From assembly GCA_002269645.1 (NCBI GenBank), contig NIVC01004235.1, forward strand, positions 1 through 53,899: a DNA stretch of 53,899 nucleotides, read 5' to 3'. Position numbers and translations under genes: made by a program. This document shows positions 45,448 through 53,899 of this stretch, one piece after another. The notes beneath the pieces are model-generated. The model was not told where the DNA came from and did no database searches. It saw nothing but the letters and a program-made list of their open reading frames with translations. Numbering within the stretch: the stretch's first letter is position 1; each line of letters begins with the position of its first letter. The DNA is from Macrostomum lignano (lineage: Eukaryota).

Positions 45448-46638
45448 CTAAATAATGCAATGACTGAGCGGCAAAATGTCTTTAGCCAGTTTAGACTTGT
45501 CGAAGCTGTATTTCACTCGATAGCTTGTGTGAAGAAACCTGTGCACCCCGTATGTAACATTCCGGTTGATTGGTCGCATCTCGAATTTCCTGCTCGCTAG
45601 TAAATCGCAGTGCTTAATTTGCACCGGCTTCATGGTCTTGCGATGCTTTGAGCACTGATTTTTGGCGATGTTTTGAGCATACCCGGAATCCCAAATTGGT
45701 TGAAACTGGTCAGGATCGGCCAGGTGCAATTCGCCGCAATCAGCTTGACTAGAGTTTGACTTCGAACATTTGTCAAAGAAGTAATTCAGCATTAGCGGTC
45801 CAGTTATGTGAATTGCCTTGTTTGGGTCACCAAGGGTCCCAGTTTTCTTGGACCATTGCGATTGGAACCAGGGCGGCCAGGCGTTGAGCACGTATTCCAA
45901 GAACTTGTGACGGGCCTGCGTCATGAAGAGCGCATTGCTCAGTAGCTGAGTCCGCTTGTACATGTAGTAAATGTGCTCAATGGGCTCCTGCGACCACACA
46001 GCCGAGTATTGTAGCAAAAAGCTGGTAATATTTCTTAGCAAATTGACGTCCAAGTCGGAGTACACGCCGCCGACATGGTGCAAGATGATCAACCTGCCGA
46101 TGTCAGACCTCATTATGCCGGCCTTTAGTTTCTGGTAAAACGGTCTGAGGCTCTGATAGTGCATATCGAGTAGCTTGTTGATGTCTTTGTCCTCCCAGTA
46201 CATGTAGGCGAAGGAATCTCCTAGCACTTTGCGCCACGAACGCAGCATTTTGTGGTGCTTCTTCAGTACTCTCTGATCGGCGTTGGTCCAGTGGATGACT
46301 GGCGGTATCCTGTTCGGGAACAGAGACTGGACGTCGCGACAGCGCACGCTTCCGTTTCTCAGCAGTGCCAGATTAGCAGCATCGGGTTTGTAGTCTGGTT
46401 GAAGCTTTACCATTGTCAGGACTCGCTCGAGTTTCGAACTATTCGATGACCTCGTCCAGAAAAGATGCTGTCCGATATAACTAGCTGATTTTCTTCCGCT
46501 ACTCAGCCACATGGTAGCAACTATGCAAATCAGCAGAAGCAGAGAGAAGCGGAACAGCAGTCGAGTTAATTTACCGTGCTTGCTATAGAAGCCCATGCTT
46601 TGAAAGACGCGACATACCAGCATCATTTTAGCTGTCAT
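45448..46638 (-). CDS. GT32-type (Gly_transf_sug, DXD) glycosyltransferase, type II membrane, 396 aa, intronless CDS
   Basis: N-terminal TM (LLFRFSLLLLICIVATMWL); IPPVIHWT, YMYWEDKDI, RSDIGRLIILHHVGGVYSDLDV, LSNALFM, ITGP. Probable 5' UTR intron (acceptor ~46648, donor ~46767). Confidence 0.85.
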   Translation of the reverse strand: MTAKMMLVCRVFQSMGFYSKHGKLTRLLFRFSLLLLICIVATMWLSSGRKSASYIGQHLFWTRSSNSSKLERVLTMVKLQPDYKPDAANLALLRNGSVRCRDVQSLFPNRIPPVIHWTNADQRVLKKHHKMLRSWRKVLGDSFAYMYWEDKDINKLLDMHYQSLRPFYQKLKAGIMRSDIGRLIILHHVGGVYSDLDVNLLRNITSFLLQYSAVWSQEPIEHIYYMYKRTQLLSNALFMTQARHKFLEYVLNAWPPWFQSQWSKKTGTLGDPNKAIHITGPLMLNYFFDKCSKSNSSQADCGELHLADPDQFQPIWDSGYAQNIAKNQCSKHRKTMKPVQIKHCDLLASRKFEMRPINRNVTYGVHRFLHTSYRVKYSFDKSKLAKDILPLSHCII

Positions 46639-48099
46639 CGCTCATAGCTGCAACATATTTTTAACGGTTAGGCTCTACAATTTTTCTTTGATTGAAGTGC
46701 ACTCCATCGCAGAAGGTAGACAGCAAATTGGAATAAAAATTCGGCTCCGAGTCAGAAGGCAATTTTCACCTGAACAGAATCCTTGACGAGCAAACGAGGC
46801 AAAGAACTGGGAAAACTTTCAAACGCCTTCTTCCTTACTACTTCTCTGTCGCCTTTCTCCCGCCGCTTTTAATGTTTGCTTTAAGCCAGCCCTCCGATGC
46901 AGCGAGGGAGAGAGCTCGATTCTCGGTGTGAGCTTGGGAATAGGCTGCCGCTTTTTACTAGCTAAGTCTTCTTGGGAGGACGCATGAGGCAAGCAGACTG
47001 TACAGGACAGGCAGTGGGTAGAGAGGGAAGTGCTGAGTGGTGACAGGCAGAGCAGAAAAGCGTTCGTGGACGCGTTTGTCACCGATTGGCCAGAAATTAG
47101 CCGGAGTTTGCAGCTGCAGTGTTTTTAGCCCACGCATTTTTTAAAGAGTCGCGCATTTCAATAATGGTTTACAGTTGGAATGTCTATCTGCTCAGTCAGT
47201 GCACGTGCAGGCAGTGCGTGACGGCACGAGAATTGGTATTGTTACACGAATGGGAAAACCAAATTTACGATCTCAAAGCAGACTCCGATCCTAGTTGGCT
47301 GCAAACCAAAACGCTAGGAATTATACAGTATATTTGCAAGGAGATCCGGTGGGTAGCTTTTTTATCAAAGCGGCAGAGTGACCCAAAAAGTTAATTATAG
47401 TCAATTTAGCTCTGGATAGATAATCACAAAATAATCAATTCATCAGCATTCAAGACCGTCGTGATAGACTTGTACAACAAGTCTTTGGGAAGATTTGCTT
47501 CTTGTTTGTCTTTTCTTCAACTGTGAAGCAAAACTTTAGCGAAAATCGCTTTCTATTTCACTGAGCCTTGACTAAAGGAATGAAGATTTCTTATATTCAA
47601 CTTCCTCACTTTAATTTCACTCGGCCCAGTACATGTCGATGTGACTAAATCCTGTTATTCTTGTACGAGCTTGTATATAAGAAAACATGCCTTGAAATGT
47701 GTGACGAATCTCTCCGATTTCTGGTTCCGATAATCTATCGATCGATTTGTCCTTAAATTGCTCCATTTGCCGGATACTCGAGTAGGTCTTAGTTGAACTC
47801 GTGCTAATTGAACTTCCTGCTTTGAAGGAGCTCAGCATGCTGCTACTTCCCTACTATCTTTCCTGAAGAGTCTTTTTAACGCCGTCTTAGACCAACTTGT
47901 AATAGTACTACCAAGGATTGTAATAATCTTATATTTTAGTTTGAAATGTAGCTACCGGAATCCATTGCCAGCGTTTATTTTTCTTACAATCGATCCGTCT
48001 GGCAAAATGCATCTTTCTCTAAGCGTTTTAAATTGTCTTAATATTCACTCTTCTAAATGTAAACATATGCTTTCTAGAAATAAGATTTACTCGAGCTTC

Positions 48100-48254
48100 G
48101 TCGAGTAAATTACTCGAGCTGATGGCCTCGTCCAGGAGTGATTCTGTCTGATATATCTAGCAGACGAGCCTGATTTTCTTTCTCTACTCAGCCACATGGT
48201 TGCAAAGATGCTCATCAGCAGAAACAGAGAGAAGCGAAACAGCAGTCGACGCAT
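48100..48254 (-). pseudogene. 5' fragment paralogous to the GT32 gene (TM anchor and stem only)
   Basis: MRRLLFRFSLFLLMSIFATMWLS aligns with TRLLFRFSLLLLICIVATMWLS. Nucleotide similarity continues through a frameshift to the ..WTR..KLE segment, then stops. Confidence 0.65.
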
Positions 48255-49805
48255 TGTTCACATTGTTCCTTTCCGATCGTGTAGTATCGTTCCTAAGCGC
48301 CGAAGCAAGTTGTAGTCTTTTGGTTAGCTATACCATTTTGCAGCCTAGTTAATACTGCGAGCGTGCATTAACACTGAGCTGTTGTGTATGCTCTAATTTT
48401 ACTGTTGCGTATACAACGCTTGTTAATTTTAATCAGTTCATTTGTTTTATGCATTACAGTGCTTATGTCTATGTGCTTGACTTGAGTGCTCTTATTGAGC
48501 TGCGACTAAAAGAGAAAGAAATAACAAGTCACGGCTGCAGGATAAAATGTAAAGTACGCTGGTAACTCGCTTCAATTAAACATCACGGACTTCGATTTTT
48601 AATATCGTTAATTTAGAAGAGTCAATCGAGACTGGAATTATAGTCATCGTAGAAGAAGCAGAGGACATAACATGAGCATCTTAGCCTTCCAGCCCATGCA
48701 ATCTGACATAAGCATCTCCAGTGCGTCGCCGTTTGAAGAAGACGAGTTACCAGGGTCGCAAAGTAGTCTGTGAAGAGTAAACTTCCTGTTCAGTATTAAC
48801 TTGTAGTTACATGTAGAATTCAGACTGCTTTCTTTTACTGTATTTGACGATTTAATTCTTTTTATTCTGAACTTCCCCTGTAAATCTAATAATAAAACTG
48901 AACGTGCATGAACAATGAAAAAGCTCCCGCATCTGCTAACCTATCGCAGTTTAGCCAGGGGGGGGGGAATAAAAATATCCGCTCTTTTGTCTTCCCCCTC
49001 TTTTAGCGCTGTATTTCACTGCTTGCTTCAAGCCCAGTTCTGCGAGATTGTGTGGGTAGAAGTGCTTTGGGCTGGGGAGTAGACTGAAGTTTTGTATGAG
49101 GCCATGCTGAATAGGGGTGGAGCAACCACTAGGCCAGCTTCACAGAGAGGCGGCTATGCAGTCAAGGACGGGGTTATAAATGAATTGCAATTTTCTATCA
49201 CTCAGTTTAATCTTATTCGCAATTAAGCTGCTAATAAATTGCTAGATCGTCAGTAGGATACAAATGAAAAATGTTTGAGGCCTAACCATTGAAATTACTT
49301 TAGCTTTCAGTTCCTTAGTTAAAAATTATTGATTTTGTCCGCAGAAAACCTGAGAGGTTTTAAGCCTTCGCTAGTCAGTCGACTGTCCATCCTCCCCCCA
49401 GAGCAAGTGCGCGCGACTCTGGAGCACGTGCTCCGTCTCTCTCCCATCCACCGTCCTCTTGCTAGCCAGCCTGCTGTAACCATGGCAATAGGCCCTCCCT
49501 TGCTAACAAACAGTGTTTCCTCAAGTTTGCCCCCTGCCTCTTCCCAACCTCTCTCTCGGCAAGGAGGCCCAGACCCAGAACTTGGAGTTGTTATACTTTT
49601 CCCTGATCCCCCATCCATCGTTCTCAAACAACTGTAGGATTTCACAGGGATAAAACCGAAATAGCTCGGAATTATCACTTGAGTGAAATCTGATGCAGGG
49701 ACCTGACTATTTTGTGTGTAAACTCTAAAGTTCTGCAGTCAGGCTACAAGTTGGTCTGGCTCTAGGCCTCCTTGCTCTCGGTCACTCTCGCTAAGCCCGT
49801 AGTCT

Positions 49806-49840
49806 CCGTCTCTCTCTCTCTCTCTCTCCCTCTTTCCCTC
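49806..49840. repeat. (CT)n microsatellite
   Basis: Short CT run. Confidence 0.8.
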
Positions 49841-50917
49841 TCCCAGTCTGTTTCCAGCTTCCATACACGTTAATTTTGGCAAACTGTATTCTATGCAGCC
49901 CTCAAAGCAACGCGGTTGATTTTTTCGTCTGTCGGTTCTGCCCCACATTTCTTTGTTTTAACTTTTCCAATTTATGGAACTGTTTCATACAGCTTTATAT
50001 ATCCCATACGGTAATATATTCCATTCCGGGTAATCTCACTATTCAATTATTCATTTCATCCTGCATAGGTTTATTTTATGTATCCATCAGTTGCCATTTA
50101 TTTGGACATCAGTTCCAGTGCAAATAAATTAAATAAGTGCAAATAAATGAAATAAGTGGGAATAACATATACTTATCTACCTCGACATCTCATGCCACAT
50201 AACCACCTTTTATGCTTGAAAAATAAGCAAAAGGCATGTTTTTTTTCGATTTTTAAACCCTTAAGAATTTATCCATTTTTTAGTCAGGACACATACACTT
50301 CTGCAAGTTTCATAAAAATCGTTTGATCCGTTTTTTTTCTAAAATCAATCACACAGAGACAACCTGTTCAACCGGTTCCTGATCAACCGGCTGGTGCAGA
50401 CGGCACTTTTGCATGTTCGCGGTTCCTGCACGCGGTACTGAAACAAGCAATATTCCTCATATTAGTACACCTGGTGAGAAGGTTGAAACTATAGTATTGA
50501 TTAAAACGATAGGTAATTAGACCATTTTTTCTAGCCTCTGTACGGATGATTAATCCTCTGCCATCAACTGAGCTCACGTCTCTTTCATTCATCGACTGTT
50601 TCTCTACACCCGTACCAACTGAGTCCTTTGCACTTCTTAAGCATTAATTCAACTCACCCGCCTTTCTCCCAAACCTTCCATTATTCCCAGTGTCTCGCCT
50701 AACCTTCTCTCTGGCTCTTTCTTCTCTCGCAACAACATTTTCCTGGTGCATAGGGGGAGTCTTTGAGGCAAAGTTGAGAAAAAAGCTATGAAGTATTTTG
50801 CTTGCTCACCCCACCCCCCATTCCCAAAAGCACATGCTAGTCTCAAATTTTCATTGGAATTCCGTCTAGAATGGTTGACAGTAATGTCGTTTCGTCTGCC
50901 ATTAAATTTTTATAATT

Positions 50918-51215
50918 AAATCAATAATAATAATAATTGATTACACGTGCGGGCCTGCCCTAATTAGGCCAGATGTGCAGCTATTGCGCGGCGCATCTGA
51001 AGACTACGTGCGGCTGTTCAGTCTGGGGGTCGCCACACGCATCCTCAATTACCCACAGCTAATGCTGGCACTCAATTACCCACAGCTGGGTGAACTGAAG
51101 CAATGCAGAGTTAACTGGTTTGCTCATGAATACAAGTTGTTCCGTGGGATCAGGAATCGAACCTCTGACCTTATAGTCGCGAATTCGACGCTCTGACCAC
51201 AGGGCTACATGTCCC
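50918..51215 (-). mobile_element. Near full-length tRNA-derived SINE (~290 bp)
   Basis: Minus strand: GGGACATGTAGCCCTGTGGTCAGAGCG (A box), GGTTCGATTCC (B box), body shared with the 2.5 kb and 32.1 kb copies, 3' TGTAATCAA(TTA)n tail. Confidence 0.75.
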
Positions 51216-51462
51216 TTATTAAGTTAAAATAAAGAGTTTGAGCTCAGTGGGAGCCTTCCCAATGGTTTTTTCTTATCTTTAGATGTTCAAAAGTACTAAA
51301 AAGTTCACGTAAGGGTACATATACATGTAATACATGTATACATGTACATATTCATCAGCCACTGCACACAGATTCACACACACATATGCATAGGTGTATA
51401 GATGTAAAGTACTCATCCGCGCGTTCTGAGGATCATCAGAACCAGAACGGGAGTGTCTATTC

Positions 51463-51467
<5 letters not shown>

Positions 51468-51517
<50 letters not shown>
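51468..51517. repeat. (CT)n microsatellite
   Basis: About 22 perfect CT units. Confidence 0.95.
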
Positions 51518-52683
51518 CCACCCAGCCCCCCACTCATTGTTTTACGTTTTTCACGTTTCCAACACAAGAGAAAAACATTTCCGGGTAAATCCACGTCATC
51601 GTATTCTGTATTTCTTTTAAGTCATTGTTTTCCACCGTTATGAATGACATCTCCTGCTGGGAAATGCAAATCATTTCGCCTCCCCGGCAGTAGTGCATGA
51701 CCTCCCGCCCATGCATTTTCCTTTGCCTTTCGAGGGGGTATTGAGTGATCCTCCCAGTGGGCGATTGCACTACCGCATGTCGTAGTCTTGGGGCTTGTTA
51801 GGGAATATTTTTTCTCAGCTCGCCCCTGCCCAAAAAACTGAGCTTTCACTCCGTGCCGGGCCTCTCCTGCTCTCTCTTTCTAGGAAATCGAGAAATTGTG
51901 CATTGTCGGTTTTCCTCTGCCCTAAGAAATCCATTAGTTGCGCGGAGACAAATGTCTGTCAATAGACTGAAGCCACATACCAAAATATGAATACCTCGAT
52001 CCTGCTGCAGCCAATTATTGAAGCAGACTGCAGTTTAGCTGCAATTGAGTTTGTAATTTAAAAGCTTCAATTAACCCCCAAATTTAATTTTGATTAAAGT
52101 ATAATTAAAAAAATCTGATTTCGCTACTTATAGTAGAGTGTATAGCAAATTGTCAGTAGCGTAAATTCGAACATTTGTAGCTGAAATTGAAACAAAACAA
52201 TTTGATCTTTTGAACATTGTTAAAATTATGTTGGACGAGAAAAATGTCACATTAATTCTAGCTAAAACATGCATGTATACTAACATTGTTGCAACAACCC
52301 ACACAACAAGGCCAACATGACAAGTAGTTTTGTCATGTACATTGTTTTCTGGCTTAATGGCACTTCATGTTTCCGCCTATAAGTGGCCGGAGTCCACAAA
52401 GTTCTGAGCCTTTGAACAAAGGTGAGCAGAATATTTATGATTAGAGTTTTTGCCATCTCGAATTAGTCTTATCAAATAATTAACATCAAAGGAACTCCTA
52501 CAATTGGATAAACAGCTCTACAGATCCTTTAAAGCCTTTCAACCAATCAGCGATGCGGCGGCTGCTTTAATTCTCCCGTTAGAACTACGAGTACAGTTTG
52601 ATAATTTTCCAGTAAGGCTTCCAGCTTCAGGGTCTATAATTGCAGCCAGAGAATAGCCTATATTATAGCAATTAAGCGGCTGA

Positions 52684-53899
52684 ATGCATCAGCTCAAAAG
52701 AATGTTCCAGCGTTCCACTGTACACGGCTTGGCGCACGCCGCCAACGCGCATAGTAGGTTGGGCGAGATCTTCTGGGCCACGCTCTGCTTCAGCGCTGCT
52801 AGCATTCCTGTACAATGTGTCCTTCACTCTGCAGCACTATCACTCCTTGCGATGCTGACCTCGTACTTTAGCAACGCTGAGTTCACTGACTGGCCACTTT
52901 ACCTTCTGCAACCAGGTGCCAGTGAGCCTATCGGATCCTGACCAGCTGCAAGATGGCAATTGAAACTGAATAACGCGTCGAGGTATCAAAACTCCAGCGC
53001 TATGATTGAGTTCTTTCGTTGTTCGCGAGAGCGAGATAGTCAACTCTAGCACGATCACTGACGACGATAGCTGCTGGTGAATTTGACTCTTGCACTGTCC
53101 ACAAGAGCTTTGGCCGAGAAAGGCACCGACCCTCGACGGATGATCTTTCGCGTAGCTTACAACCGAGGTCAAAGGGCCATTGCGCTCAATGTGCAAATTG
53201 ACAACAACAGCGAACTGCTGCACCTCACTGCAGAGAATGTCACCTCGACTACCTGGTTTGGCCGCTACCGCCTGCCGTGCCACACTATCCAGATCAAACG
53301 ATTGGCCCTCTGGCCAACGATACTCACCAGCTCGTGTCGATGTTCTTCTTCATCATGAACGACTTTCACTCGTATAAAAAGTTTAACTCGGCTTACTTTC
53401 ACCAGGGCACCGGATTTATCTTCACGACCCAGACACTGTGCCATCTGGAGAGGCATCCTTATTGTACCCGGCATTCCCACATCAACTTCAAAGCCGTGGT
53501 CACTCACCACCTCAGAGAGAAGAGAAACTGTCGCGAATCCGAAGTCTACGTTGATATGTACGGCACCAGTCTGGAGCAGTCGCGTCGGGTGAAGCTGGAC
53601 TACAACCTGTGCAAATTGTACGTTCGGCCAAGCAGTACTATCAGTCCTGCCACTGCTACACACCGTTTCTGCCGCGTGTTCAAATTCGACAATCTAACCC
53701 GCCTGTGCTTCAACATGACGGAGTACCCGAACGCCACTATACTGGAGAACGCTCTCTGCTTGGCTCGGGTCTACACGCAATTCTCCAACGAGGCCACATT
53801 CGAGCGGCTGCTAAGAGATGAGTGCTCGCACGTGAAGCAGACCATGTGCGTGCGAACCGAGTACAACACCGAGAGCTCGGACTACATGTGGCCGGAACT
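52684..53899 (+). pseudogene. DEG/ENaC (ASIC/degenerin) family channel, multiply frameshifted, truncated by window end
   Basis: Pre-TM1 STVHG motif, TM1 IFWATLCF..., post-TM1 FTFCNQVP (frame change ~52897), Cys-rich thumb CHCYTPF, and C..V.QTMCVRTEYNTESSDYMWP at the window edge. About 5-6 frame changes and no introns seen. Confidence 0.7.

Noticed and set aside
6363-46638. Functional sphingolipid cluster of SMPD1 and the GT32 gene
   Set aside because: They are 34 kb apart with unrelated genes between, and the GT32 substrate is unknown.
49329-49637. Possible exon after TTGTCCGCAG (ENLRGFKPSLVSRLSILPPEQVRATLEHVL...)
   Set aside because: No family match and no linked exons could be assembled.

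Overview
Eukaryotic (animal) genomic DNA. The minisatellite-filled introns and gene style fit a free-living flatworm such as Macrostomum, but this is inference. I reconstructed exon chains by hand for acid sphingomyelinase (12 exons, minus), PCIF1/CAPAM cap m6Am methyltransferase (7 exons, minus), TBC1D31/WDR67 (7 exons found, first exon not located, plus) and a six-finger TFIIIA-like gene (2 coding exons, plus). Single-exon CDSs are three C-type-lectin + PAN/Apple paralogs in alternating orientation, a GT32 DXD glycosyltransferase (plus a 5' paralog fragment) and a frameshifted DEG/ENaC gene cut by the window end. A candidate unannotated secreted-peptide gene lies at 13.06-13.42 kb. Fifteen of 24 mapped introns carry a minisatellite, almost all with different units. 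The 23.1-31.7 kb interval is a CpG-depleted block of transposon remnants: an RTE-like RT with a C>T/G>A mutation signature, a hAT MITE nested in a MULE-like MITE, and a third MITE. Also present: three copies of a tRNA-headed SINE, a 47-bp hAT-like micro-element and a Tc1 remnant. All coordinates and counts were read by eye.
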